Positions 22,483 through 35,708 of a stretch of 64,000 nt of DNA are shown piece by piece; the stretch's first letter is position 1; each line of letters starts with the position of its first letter. A program made the translations under genes and the position numbers. Source of the stretch: Raillietiella orientalis (Eukaryota); the NCBI GenBank assembly GCA_036172245.1, contig JAYWIR010000038.1:868001-932000 (forward strand), written 5' to 3'. The notes under the pieces were generated by a model. It was not told the DNA's origin. It saw only the letters and a list, made by a program, of their open reading frames with translations, and ran no database searches.

Positions 22483-25400
22483 TTCCGTGAATGGTGGTCG
22501 CGCACCCAATAAATCCACGCATTTTGCGCGCACCTCGCTCTGCCTGGAGTGTGCCTGTGGGTCCCTGGTGAGCGCGAGCTCCCGTCCTGGCCGGGACGGT
22601 TCAATGGCGGTTGCGCTCTGCGCCACGAGGCAGCCATTGGGATCTTTTCAAAGACTAGGCGGCGGCCTCAACGGCCTCGGTGGTGCGAGACCGACCTGCT
22701 GCAAGAACCCGGTCCTTGGTCAGTTCGCATACGGGTCCGAAAGGTCCCCCTTGTGGGTGTGTTGGGATGGGCCCCCGCCGCACCGCGCGTCGCCGTTGCA
22801 CCGAGCTGCAAGCGGCCCTACAAGGAGGCTGGCCGAGAACATAAAAATAGCTCAGGAGCGTTGCGACACGCGGAATGTTAAAGTAAATACGGAATGCCCG
22901 GTGGCAGGGGACGACGGCGATGTGATTTATTCGCTGCCTTGGTGCCGTCCGCCGACGGAAAGGAAACGAAAGGTCCGAAGGTGCAACCAAATCCTGAGGG
23001 GCACGTGTCATCCCTCCCAGAGATCAGCGCGCGCGCACGAGGCGCTCCGGTAGCTAGGGAACGCCGCCTTCCAGGAAAGATCACTTCAGCAAATTCTTCC
23101 CATTTCGCCCCCCCCCCCCTTCTTCTCTCTTTTTTCCCCCTTTCGTTCTTTCTCCTCTTGCTCCTCCTCCTGCGCGCATTTCTAGGTTATCTCCGCGCTC
23201 CCTTGAGAATAATCGGAGGCAGCCTCTCGTTGATGAGCTGCCGGCCGGGGAGGTTTGCGTCTCGAGTAGGGCTAAAAAGCGAGGCGACGCTCTCATTGCG
23301 CAACGGGGATGCGAGGGCAGAAAACGTTATCTCTCCGGGAAAGACGCTGGCGCGAGATAAAAAGCGCACCGGAGATGGCAGAGCCCGTGCGCCGCCTCCG
23401 CGCATCCGTCCGTCCGAACGAAATTCCTCGCGGGGAGAGCCGCACCTCTCCGCACGGCACTGGGGCCAGGAGGGGGGGGGGGGAAGAACACGTGCCCTCG
23501 CCGAGCGAACCGCCTTCCTCCGGGACGCGCCGCCGCCGTCCCGCTCGGACCGATCCCCCCCGCGGGAATCTGGCGCGCCCAGGGAGAGATGGACGGCGGT
23601 TTCCTTCCCACTGCCGGAAGGATCATTTCCGTCGCCGCAGAGTGCGGGCGAGGTGCGGGGTGGGGCGAGGTGGGGGGGAAGGCCGAATCCACACGGACCA
23701 CAGGGAGCACCCGTTCTGAGGCTGCACAGAATCCGTCGCGCCGTAGCAACCACCACCACTCACGATCGTTTCCCGGGGGGGACGAAGCACCCGCTGGTCG
23801 GGCACGCGCGCGCCTGCTGCGGGCGCGGCGATCTGTCGCTCCTTCGCCGGTGGTGCCGCAGTCCGCACCCTCCGGCCTCTCGGACCACCGCAACGGCCGG
23901 GGAATCCGCCGCTCCACGGGAAGCGACCTTGCGTGCCGCTTGCCCTCTCTCGCCGCCCCGGGGGAGGTCCCATCGCACTCGAGGCGAGGACGATGCCACC
24001 TAGCGCTTCGGGACGGACCGCTCTCCGAGGAAGGAGGGGGGATGGTTTCGGGAGCCCTGTGCGTCTCGTCTGGCACGCCGGAGTTTACTCTTTTTGCTTC
24101 TTGATGATGACACATCGAGAGAGGGAAGAGGAAGAGGAGGAAAGAAAGAGGAGGAAGGGGAGGAAAGGAGGAGCTTCACGCGAGAGCTGGTCGTGCGAAT
24201 TTCCCCGCGCCACTCCGTGCGCGCGCACGCACACCCATCCGTAGGGGACTGCCACCGCGGTCTTCCCCTTTGTACGCCCTCCCCCCTCCCCCCGCGTTCC
24301 CGATCCTGCCGTGCGCATCGCATCCTTGAGTAGCTCCCCGCCAGGAAAATCCCCGCCTCCGCTCCGCTCCGAAGCACGAAATGCGCGTTTGTTTGTTTTT
24401 TTTTTCTTCCAGCGGACCTTCCGTCCTGCGGACAGTGTCCGAGGATCCACTGGGAAAGGAAAGCATCTTCCTCCTCCTCTCCGGGAACGAATGGAGCAGT
24501 TCTTTGTGGTTGTCGTTCTCGGTTTCGGAAGGAACCGGCTCCCGGAAGGAGGACTTCGTTGTCCGTGGTGCCCCGCTGCTGCCGGTCGCCCTGAGCCACC
24601 ACCGGTTGCGTTCGCTGCGGGCGGAGAGGCGGCTCGGAAAAGGAAAATTCCTCACGGACAGCACAGTGCAACGGACTCTGCTGCTCAAATTCCTCGTGGT
24701 CAAAAATCCCCTTTTTGTTTTCTTCCTTATGCCCTTCTCACCTCGGGCCTGCCTTTTTTTTGAGGGGGGGGGGGGGGTGTTCTCGGTCCGCTGATCTTTC
24801 GCTTCCGAAAGTGATAGCGAGTTTCCATCGTTACCGAGCCTCCCCGAGCCGTTCGGCTGCTTGAGGGTTTTCTTGTCAGCTCCTCTTCGCCAGTGCCCAC
24901 TTGCGAGACGTTCCGGAGCGTCCCGACGCGGCCCCGGCCCGATCCACGTGGTGGCGACTGCTGTTTGGAGATTTCGGGAAACGTTCTCGACGTAGACGCG
25001 TCGCGAGCCTCAACAGCAGCAGCAGCGGCGGCGGCGACGGCGACGACGACGAACGAATCGACGGCGGAAGGGGAAAAAAAAAATAAAAATAAAAGTAAAT
25101 AAAGAGAGAAGAGAATCGAAGATTTCACCGAGGACGAAACTCCTGCTCGGACAGGAATAAAACGGGGAGCGGAGCAGGAGAGAACAAGCGGCTCGAAGGA
25201 GCCGTTTTCGCTTGCCCGTTTCTTGAATGGTCGGAGACCCCAACTGCGTATTTACAATCGCACGCTGCAACAGATAGGCACACACGCACACACCTACGTC
25301 TTCTCACGCTCTTGGGCAAAAGGAAAAAGGGGAACAACAAAGCAAAAAAAAAAAAAAAAGCAAACGCAGGTCTGGTTGCTGGTCCTGAGGGACAGCGAGT

Positions 25401-28400
25401 GCATGTAGAAGGGATTCCGTCGGAATACACGACGACGGCCCAACTAACAGCAATCCTGCAACTGCCAGTTCTAAATCTGTCCTGGAAACATCCAGAATAG
25501 GAGGAGGAGAGGGTGATGCGAAGGAAGGCACCCGGGCAACGTTTCTGTTTCCCTTTTCCTTGCTTTCCGTTTCCTCCTCCTTTTTCTTCTTCTTCCTTTC
25601 TCCATTCTTTTTTTTTTTTCTTCTCCTTTTCGCTTCATCCCCCTCCCCCATTTCGTAAGGTCGACGAACCGAATGTTCCTGTAGCGATTACTAGATGGGG
25701 CGAGCTGGGAGCTCGACGCTTCCTCCTAGGTGCGTCTTTTACGAAAACATCGTAATTTTCCACCTTCGCAGCAGCTACGTGCGACCAGTCCCGTTAAATG
25801 CTGTGCAAATTATTTGCTTCGGCGAAAAGGAAAAGGGGAGGGAAAAAGGAGGAGGAGAAGGAGAAGGAAGACAAAAAAAAAAAAGAGAGGAGGAGCGGGA
25901 AAACGGGAACAATCGATCAACACAAATATTTGCACCAGTTTCAGAGATGGTTACGTGCCCCGCCGCCAGGGCGCTTATCGAAATTGTTTCGCCGAAATGC
26001 TTCACTTCTTGTGAGCCAGGCAACGAAGTGCGCAAGAAGTCCATGGAAACGCGAGGGTGGCGTTGCTCGGACGCGAGTCTACGGCGGCAAGTGGAAGCTG
26101 AACCGCCGCGAAAGAGAGAGCGGGAAGGGAATAATCCTTGGTCGCCAGGGTGCAAACGTGGATTCCTGGTCGCCGGAGGAGCTGCCGCCGCACCAGCGCG
26201 TCCATCCATCCCTTCGGGTCCCTCAGGCGAGGCTTTCGGACGCGAGCGGAAGGGAGACGGGACCCCTCCCTGACCTGCCGGGTTCAACTGCCGGCACTCG
26301 CAGCTTTGATTCCCGCGCGACTCCTCCTCCCGGCTGCTGGTTCCCCGTCCGAGCGAATCTCTGCGGACGCGTGTCGCGTACGCGAACGGCAAGCTGGGAG
26401 AGCTGCGAGCTGGAGGTGGTGGTGGTGGCCAGTGCGGGACGCCCCGGTCAGGGCGGGGGCGGGGGGGTTGCCGGCGAGACCACGTGCGTGCGTGTGTGAG
26501 AGGACGCGACTGCTGACACTCGCGGCGGCGAGAAGAGGCATCTTGGCTGGAAGAGAGAGAAAGAGAGAGGGAGGAAGGGAGAAAGGAAGGGGGGGGGGCG
26601 GCGAAGAGAGAGAGAGAGAGAGAGGGAGACAAAGCAGGGGGGGGGGGGGAAAGAAAGAAAAATACACGAATCCGCGTGTGCACGGAACTCGCTGCCCGCT
26701 GCGGAAATTACAGAAGGCGAGTGGATGATTTCCTGTGCAGCTTCGCGCGGCGTCCAATCGGGAGGATGGCGCGCCGATGCGTGCAGCGTGTTCGCGGTGA
26801 CGGAAGGCGCGCGAGGAGAGAACGGCGGGGAGGAGGAGGGAGAATCGCGTTTTCGCAGGCGTTGCGATCGCTCGCCGGAATCCTTCCTCCCTTCCTTCTT
26901 TCCTTCCTCCTCTTCGTCGGCTTCCTTTTTTGCCCCGCGCGTCACCGCATTGGCTGCCGGCAGCCACCCCGCGCGCCCCTCCGGCGCGGCCGTCGCTCGC
27001 ATCGACCCTCTCGGCAGCAGCAGTGGCCGTGGCTGCGGCGGCTCTGGAGCGCTCCCCCTTTTTGCCGGATGCGTGTTCCCCACTGCTGCCGGGATGAATA
27101 ATCGCCAGGGAGAGGCCCGGCTGGCCGTCGCTAACCCCACCAGCACGCGCTGCCTGCTGCCCGCTTTCCCGCGGAAGCGGACGATTCCCGCGTCTCCCTG
27201 GTTACGCGAGTCGGCGGGAGGGATAAACACCTCGCGCGTTGCTTCGCGAAGCAGAGGGCAAGCGGGCGGGCGACTCGTCGACGACGCGCAGTCCTGCGGT
27301 CGGTTGGGGGCTCGGCGATTGTCGCGAGAGCTACCCTTCCCCCCCCCTCCCCCCCTTTATCTCTTTCTCTCTCTCCCTCATCGCGGTGACGGTCGGGGTG
27401 CATCCTCGGTATCCAAAGGGGGAGGAGGGACAAAAAAAAGAAGCAAAAAAAAAAAAAGGGGCGCGTGGAAGGGCTGAAGAGGAGGGACATCGTGAGGGTG
27501 GTCCTCGCGCGACTGCCCCCGGTGGGGGAGTCGGCCGGGAAGGCCGGGTTGGCGCGCGGAGCACATGCGGGAGGAGAGGAGAGACCCAGCGTTGCTCCGG
27601 AACCACCACCACCGCAGTCGGCATGCCCTTCCCGGCGAGACGCAGGCGCGAGGACCGGCGCCTCGCGCGTCCACGGAGCTAAAAATAGACATTGCCTTTC
27701 TCTTTGGTTTTTTTTTTTTTTTTTTTTTTTGCGCGTCGATCGGCGGACGGCGGAATTTCCGCTTTCTGCTGCAGCAGCGCGTCCGCAGAGGAATGCGGCG
27801 CGCTCGGACGTGCGGCGGGGGCGCGAGCGCGCGGGACGTCTCTCCTCTCCCCTTCCTCGAGCCCGCACCGGCCACCACGGAGGGGCCGGGAGTGGCGCCG
27901 CAGAGAGGAACACCGTGGAGCGGGTCGCCTGCCCCTCCCTTCCGGCACACGGAAGGGATGTGGTGGGGAGAGGGAGAAGAGTGGATCCCACCGATTCCTT
28001 CCGGCCGGGGTGCACCCCGGCGATCGGCCTATTCGTGCGAGGGAGTAGGACGGGAAGTGACTTGGCAGCCGACGACGTGCATACGGGAGTTGCCAGTTGC
28101 CAGGACGACGGACGCGCCGCCGGAGCGATGATGGTGCGGGTTCGGCGGCTGCCGGACAGGGAAGGGGAGCCGGCAGGTCGCACCGTCGGAAGGGAAAGTC
28201 GAAGGAGATAAGAAGGGAGGCGGCGGTCTCGGTGGCAACCGAAACGGAACGCGACCTCCGGGAAATTGAGAACCCCCCCGGGGGTCGAGGGGTGAAGGAG
28301 GAGGAGACCTCAGCTCAGCCGACCCCTGCGCGTGCTCTCATCAATCCAACTCCGGTTCCGCCCGTTGCTCCGGAAACAGGGCCGAGCTGCTTCGGTCGGC

Positions 28401-31400
28401 TCCCTCCTCTGCTCCGGGTCCTCCTTCCCCCCCCCCCCCGACCCCCTTTACCCCCTCGTGCACGCGCGCACTCCCCTTCCTAGGGAGGAGAGGGTGGAAG
28501 GGTGCGCGCCCGTCCCCCCTCCCCTGCCCTGCGGCGAACGGCGGAGTGGCGGACAGAGCCGCCGCAGCTGCTCCGCAGTAAGAGCACGGGGGACGCGAGG
28601 GAGGCGCTCTCTGAGGGGCGCGCCACACTCGAGAAGGGCAGGTGGCCCCGCGCCCGCCCCCCGGGATCCTCGCTCTGCCGCCGGGATGAAGGAGAGAGTG
28701 AACGGAGCGAAGGCAGAGAGGCCGCCCTCGTTCCCGAGGCCTCCCCAAGGGGCGGAGGGGAGATAGGGGACAAAGAAAGGAAACGGAAGAGGCGGCTGCC
28801 CCGTAGCCGCAGTAACCGGACAGAGCCGCCGGCTTCTCCGCGCGGGGAAGCACTTCTGTCCCGCTCCCCCCTCTTTACCGGCTGGGGGAGAAGCGGCTAC
28901 GCCGTCCTCCCTGGTCGAGAACGGCGACCCCCGGAGCGGCCGGTGGGGAGAGACAGACGGGCGGGGCAACGACCGGGGGGGAAGTGGAGCTGCCGCCCGT
29001 CCAAAGCCCGCTCATTAGCCCTCGAGCGACCCCCACCCTTTCTCCCGCCAGAGAGCTGGTTGTCGCGGAAACGGGGATGAGGGGAGAAGGGGAAGGGAGC
29101 AGGTTTCTCCCGCGCGCCTGGGCATTCGCGAGGAGGCAGGTGGCGCTTTTGTGGCCGGGGGTTCCTCCGTGCGTCAGGGAGCACCTTCGTCCCGGACAGC
29201 GGCGGCGGAGCGATGGATCCTCCCTGGCCCTGTGGCTCACCGACCCCCAGCATTGCAGTCGAAGAAGGGAAGAGGGGAAGCCGCTCCCGCAAACTGACCG
29301 CTCGATGAGGCCTCGGGGGTAGCAGGGAGAGGGGTGGGCCGAGGTGCGACCGTCCCTGTCCCGAAGGGGTTCTCCCTCCCGCGCTCTTCCGGCCGGGCCG
29401 TGGTGGAGCGCGGGAGTCGGAGTCGCCTCGCCAGGGCCGATCCAGAGGGGTCCCTCTGCCTGCGGAAGTGGAGGTAGCCGAGCTGTGCCGGGGAGCGCCG
29501 AGAAACGCACCTTCAGCGACGGAGGTGAGGGAGAGTCAGTCCCTCTCCCCCTTCGATCCCTTCCGCTCTCCCGGGTGTGAAGCGGGACCCGGGAGGGGGT
29601 CGGTCCTGCCTCCCCCGTGTGAGCGGAGGCCGCGGGGCGTACGGATGACTGAGTGTGGAAGGTCCCCACCTGTCCGGTTGCGACTGGGGCGGCAGTGGGT
29701 TGGTGTGGAGATGGCGTCGACAAGAGCTACCGCTGAGGAGTCGCTCCGCGGTGAGGAGGGAGAGGAGGAAGAAGGAGAGACAGCTTCCGCGGAGGCAGCG
29801 GAGAGGGGTTGTCGTGGAGTCCCGGGGGTGTCCGGCGCGGCCTCCTTCTCCTCCTCTACTTCTGGTGCCGCTGCAGCCTCCGCCTCCTGCCGGGAGTCCT
29901 GGTGCCCTGTTTACGCCGCCGGCGTCTGACGCCGTCGCACAGCAGCCAGGGGGATGTTCCAGATGCTGAGCATCTGCGGCGTGCACTGCTCCACGGAGCG
30001 AGCCAACCTCCTCCGCGGATGATGCATCCCGGAGTGAGCAGGAGGAGGGGTTTCCCAGAAGGACCAGCACAGAAGAGCGGGTGCTCGCGCGAGAGGATGG
30101 GGGAAGGGGAGGGGAGGAAGGCGAAAAAAGAAGCAGTGCGCGAGAAGGGAGGGACAGAGGCTCTCTCCCCTTCACTCACCCCGTGTCGATATGGAGGCGT
30201 CGCGCGCGGGGGGCGCATGGCGAGCGGCAGCTGCTGGCGTTGAGCAACAGCGCTCGTGCGGCTTCTGGGGTGATCTATCCTCCGCAGCGTCGCTGGACCG
30301 CGACCCGCACGGGCGAGGGGTGGATGGACGACCCCCTCCATCCCGCGTGCAGGTGCCCCTCAAGAGGATTTCCCCTTGAGACCTCCAAGGGGAGGGAGGT
30401 GGTACCGGAGTGGGCTGAAGGCGTCGTTGCCTGGATGCAGAGACTCCGCCATCCGGTGATCGAGAAACGGGAAGGAACGCCACCCTCGATTCCTCTCCCC
30501 TCCGTGCTCCAGCTCTCTGGAAGGTGGTGAGGGTTATCTCCCTTGGAAGAGGGAGAAGGGAGGGGATCAGTCAGCCGCCAACGCCGCCACGCCCTTTAGG
30601 CAAAAAAGGGTGCGGCTGCGGGCGCTCTTTCGGAGTGAAGGCGTGAAGACGAGGTGGGCGAGGGCACAAGGGGTGGAAGGCGCCGCCGCCGCCGCCGCCG
30701 CCTCGTCTTCGCCGTGCCCGCGGGCCTTCCTTCTCCCCCGTCTCCCGACCCCACTGGATGGAGGGGCTGGGGGTTGTTCTCATAAGGAGCCTCTTCCTCT
30801 CTTCCCACATGCCGCCAGCCGCACCGTCAGCGGCGCGGCGGTCGCTGATCGTCCCGACCAACACCGGCCCGCCGATTCACCAAAATATTTATTCTGACAA
30901 AATAGTGTACAGAGGTAGAAACGGGAAAATAGAACTCTTAAAGAACAAATATGCATCATCATCATCATTATCATCATCATCATCATCATCGTCTTTCTGC
31001 GTGAGTCCTCGAGTGTCCTGCGATCACGGCGGGCCTCCCGCGCAGCTTCCATATGAGTGCTCGGAACTTCTCTTGCCGCGAGCCGACGTTCCCGAAGAGT
31101 AACCGTTCGAACCTGGAGCAGGGTCATTCTCTTCGCAGCAGCTTCCTGCCGGGCATCTCACAGGAGCAGAGGAGCTCAGGGGAGGAGAGGGGCGGGGAGG
31201 GGGGGGGGAAATGGTCCGAGAACACATCACGGGCGCGCGCACACACCTTTTTTCCTTCCTTCCCATTCACACGAAACGGTTCGTTAAAAAATAGAAAGCA
31301 CCTGAGAAACATTCCTGAATTTATTGGTTGATGAACGATCATCATCGTCATCATCATCATCGCCGTTTCTTCCTTCTTCTCGCTCGACTCGATTTCACAA

Positions 31401-33897
31401 GCTCGCCCCCAGGACCGGCGAAGCGGGGGAGCACACAAAGAGACCAGGAGAGTTCCACCATCCCCCGTGGCAACGGGCGCTGATTGCATACCGGGCTTAG
31501 AAAGAACGGAAAAGCTGGGCCGATCCACCGGCCGGCCGACCAGTAGGCGGGTGGGGATCGGCAAAGCTTGCGACTGGAACCGACACGACAGGCCAGGGAA
31601 AACACCGGACAAATTGCGGCAACAGAACAACGGAGACAGGGAAATGCGCAGTCCAAGATCCGGGGAAGATTCCCCCCCCCCCTTCCCGGCACTTTGAGCA
31701 AACGGTCCGAGCAAACGGCGGAGCAAGGAAAGGTGGAAGGGGAGATGACAACAACAAAAAAAAAAAGAAGGGGGAAGGGAGGGTGGGGCTTCAGGAAAAC
31801 ACGGGGGAAGGACCAGCCAGAGGCTGTGCTGCCCCATCCCGTTCTGCCGGCTTGACCGTCTTGGGCCTCGACCAAAAGAAAAGAAAGGCAAACAACCACC
31901 ACCTGCTACCGGAACGTCCGCCGCCCTACCCGTGACAACTTGCACGACCCAGGGTTGAGTTCTTGCGAAGCCGCCACGACCCCGCAGAGTTTATCACATG
32001 ATTTTTTCTCCCCTCCTCTCCCCCCCTTCCCCCGTGATGCGCCGCCGACTTTCCGGTACGCGCGCGCGCGTTCCGGCAGAGACACGCCGGCGGTCGAGAC
32101 CGCCTGCGCCGAAAGCGGCAGGGAGGCGAGGTCGCAGGCGACACCGGAAGGGGATAGGACGATGTGCCTCTGCGCGGCTAGGCGGCTGGCTAAAACTGCC
32201 TCTTCGGAGATGCGGTACGGGAAGCGGAGACGGAGGGAACGAAGGGCGGCAGCAGCAGCGGCAACCGACCGCTGCAGGGGAGAGGCCCGCCCCTGGAGAG
32301 AGACGGCCGCCTGTGAGCCGGGAGGCGTCGCCCCCTCCCTGGTCCGCCCACTGTGTGCGAACGCTTCGGTCCTCGCCCTCCTCGGAATGCTCCCGCTGGC
32401 GCGCGCGTGCTCGTGCATGGGCGAAGGGTGGAGTGGAGGGGGGAGCAAGGTGGAAAGGGGATGATGGGGAGGAGGAAAGCGACCGCGGGGGGAGGGGATG
32501 TCCGTTTCAAGTTGATGTAATCAGCATCAGAAATGAGTCATCTCTGCCGTCCCTTCCCCGCGGTAAGCGCCGAGCACTTGATGCGTCTTCAATGCAGGAT
32601 CACTTGGACGGAAGAATCGGGACAATCGGGAGGAGAACGGAATTCGGGGGAACCCGCGCAAGTGGGCCCCGCGGCTCGAATTCAATCATCCGCGGAGTGG
32701 AGAGGCGTCCTTCGCGCTCGGCCGGAGAGGCGCACTTCTGGCTCCCGGCCCGCCTCCTCCACGGAGATCTGATTTCGCGCCCGAGTGCCTCCTCTTCGAC
32801 GAGCGCGCCAGCCTGCCCTCCCCAGGAAGGAAGGGAGGTCGTCGCCGTCGCCTCGATAAGAGGATTACCAAACCTGTCATCTCCGGGCGTGGTATACGTC
32901 GTCCCCCTGTCGCTCTCCCGCGCGCGCCCCTCTCCATCCTGCCGCGGGGATGCGCGAGTTCCCGGACGCGCTTTCCTTCCCTGGTTGCGAAGAAGAGGAA
33001 GGAGAGCGGCGGCGGTCTTCACGCCTGAAGACAGGTCGCCCCGAGGGCTGCGAGCCCTCAGCCCGCAGGCGCTTCCACACGTTCTTCCGGCGGGATTCCT
33101 GCGGGAGGCGGGAGCGTCGCCTGTTCCGCCGGGCGGATCTAGAGCGCCTGAGGCAGTCGCGCCTCCTTGGGCGCGCACAATGAGAAGCGGGAGAGCTCGG
33201 CACATCCTCCTCCTCCTCGATCTCGAAGATCAAACGGGAAGGAGCACGGACACGCGTCTGCGCATCCTCCTCGCCGTCTCTCCGGAGCAGGTGGAGCATC
33301 GGTCCGCTTCCGGCTCTTGACAAACGCCGAGCGTGCGTCCCTGCTGCTCCGCGAGCTGCCGCCCGAGACCGAAGGGAAGGTAGAGGACAAGAGTGGACCA
33401 GCCCTTCCCTTCCTCCGATCCTTGCTTCCGCATCGTCCAGGGGCAAAGGGAGGTTCGCCGGCCGCCCTCTGCCGACGGAGAGGAGCGCTGCGAGGGACGC
33501 CGTTGCTCTTTCGCGAGGCAGTGAGGTTCCTATCACCGCAAGGACGACGGGAGGTTTCCTCAGCACCTTCCGGGGACGCGGGAGAAGCCTCGTGGCAATC
33601 CCTCCGGGGAAAAGGACCAGGAACAAGTAAGCGAGAAGAGCCGCAAAACAGCAACAGCAGCGGCGACACCTGTGACGCAGTCGCTGCTGCCACAGCCCGC
33701 GGAGGTCGCCCAAAGGAGAAGCAGCAGTAGCAGGATTTCTTCGTCCGCCTCCTTCCCGCCTGTCGCCTTCTGAGAGGCTCAAGCAGGCGACAGCTGGTGG
33801 GACAAAGGGAACGTCTTCGGACAAAAGCGGATCAGCCGCTAGCCATGGGCTGCTTTGGATCGCGGATCTCCATTGATTGGGTGAATCGGGACCGAAA

Positions 33898-33951
33898 GAG
33901 GAGGAGGAGGAGGAGGAGGCGGCGGCGGCGGCGGCGGCGACGGCGGCGGCG
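33898..33951. repeat. Compound (GAG)n(GCG)n trinucleotide repeat
   Basis: Read directly from sequence. Confidence 0.9.
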
Positions 33952-35708
33952 CAAATCCTTTCTGCCTGATAAACATCCTTTCGCGGGTGAATGGGGGTCG
34001 CCTAGATGCGCATTGTCAAAGGGGGAAGGAGGGAACGAGAGCGAAAGAAAAGGAACGGAGGAGGAGGAGGAGGAAGGAAAGGAAAAAAGAAAGGAAAAAG
34101 GAAAAAAAAAAAAAAAAGGAGAGAGGGTGGCGTTGGTGGGAATCTCGTTCGGATACACAAAAGATACTGCCCAAGACCCCTTTTCGAACGGGGACCGATT
34201 CAAAAGGCGCGGGAATAATGGGGTCGTCCTTCCTCTCGGCTGGCTCGCAAGAACAGCTCCCGACATCCGCCCCAATTCTTAAGATTGCGTGAATCGCGCC
34301 GGAGCGGGAGGGAGGCGGCGGAGGAGGGATGGTGGGAGGAGGCGCGGGCGGGGGAGGGGGGCACAAAGGGGCGAGGAAACGAGACCGCGTGTGTCCGGAA
34401 AAGCGCCTCCAGCGCCTTTCCCGTGGCTCCAGAGAGGAAGCGTGGAAAACGCTCCTCGTACGCGTCGCACAATCTTCGGAAGGGGCGGGCATTCCCGAGG
34501 GTCGCCGGCAGAAAAATCCCATGAGCAGGCTCCGGCCTGGAGGCGCCCCTGCAGTTTCGCCCGCCCACACCCCGTTCCTTTCCTGAGGGAGGGACTCTCT
34601 CCGAAACGGGTGTTCAAAAGTGAGGGTGGGGGGAGTTGGGGGAACAGAGGGGGGGGGGGAGGAACTCCAGTCCCCTCCCTCCCTTTCGCCTTCCTGGCGA
34701 CGGACCTATCGTTCCGGCTTCCGTCGCCAGGCAAACAAGCAAACAACATCCCGTGGCAACGCTCTCTCTGCTCCGCGCCTGGCTGTCGTCTCTTCCCCCT
34801 CCCTTCCTCCCTCCCTCCCTCGTCTCCCCTTCCCTCACGACGCGCGCGCGCAGCGGGCACGACGTCCCCTTCCTCGCAGTCCGAGCGAGGGACCTGTCCT
34901 TAGAAGTGGACGCACCAGGCCAGACAAAGAGGGCGGCTGTAGCGTCGCTGGCGGCGACGGCAGCGGAGGGGGAGAACGAGCATAGCAGCGGACCACCACC
35001 ACGCACGCACTCAACGAGCGATGGCCTTTTCCCCCTTCTTTTTCTTATCAAAAAAAAAAAAAAGAGGGAGAGGGGGGTAGGAGAAGCGAAACCAAAACGC
35101 CTGCTGAGGACCGGTGGGGGGGGGGGGCACAATTCGTCCTCCCCTTTCCGAAACGCTGCCGACCCGTTCGTACAAGAGTGAAAAAAAAAAACGAGAGCCA
35201 ACGTGGAGCAGCAGCAGAAGACAACCACCATCTACAGAGAAGATCCTTTCTTTCTGGATAGCAGGGGAGATCAAACAGAAGAAGATGCCTCAGGGAGGAC
35301 GGATGGGAATCTGCTTTCCTTCCTTCCTCCTCCTCCTCCTCACCGTTCGCGAGCAGGTCGATCCTGACCGTTGGGTTGCATCCTCGAAAACCCGAGTGGA
35401 AAGGCGAGGTGAGGGGATGAGCCGCACCGGCTAGCCGAGGCGGCGGGGCGTGAGCCCTGCGTGCTCTCTCTGCTGCTGCTGCTGCTGTTGTTGGTTGGCA
35501 GTGGCAGTCATAGTGATTCATATGCCGGCTCGTACCCACGAAGGTGCGAGGGCTCTCCTCCCCTTCTTCCTCCCTGGGATGGGGGGGGAGGGAAGAAAAA
35601 AAGAAAAAAAAAAAGGCGAGAGAGGGTTCGGAGTGGGAGGGAGGGGCTGATGGGATCGAAAGGCCTTCTTCCACGGAATCATCATCATCATCACATGTAC
35701 ACACGCTT

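Noticed and set aside
31998..33320. 440-aa ORF (likewise 22894-24003, 27131-28183, 42709-43764, 49960-51177)
   Set aside because: Same compositional artefact; no motifs or plausible protein character.
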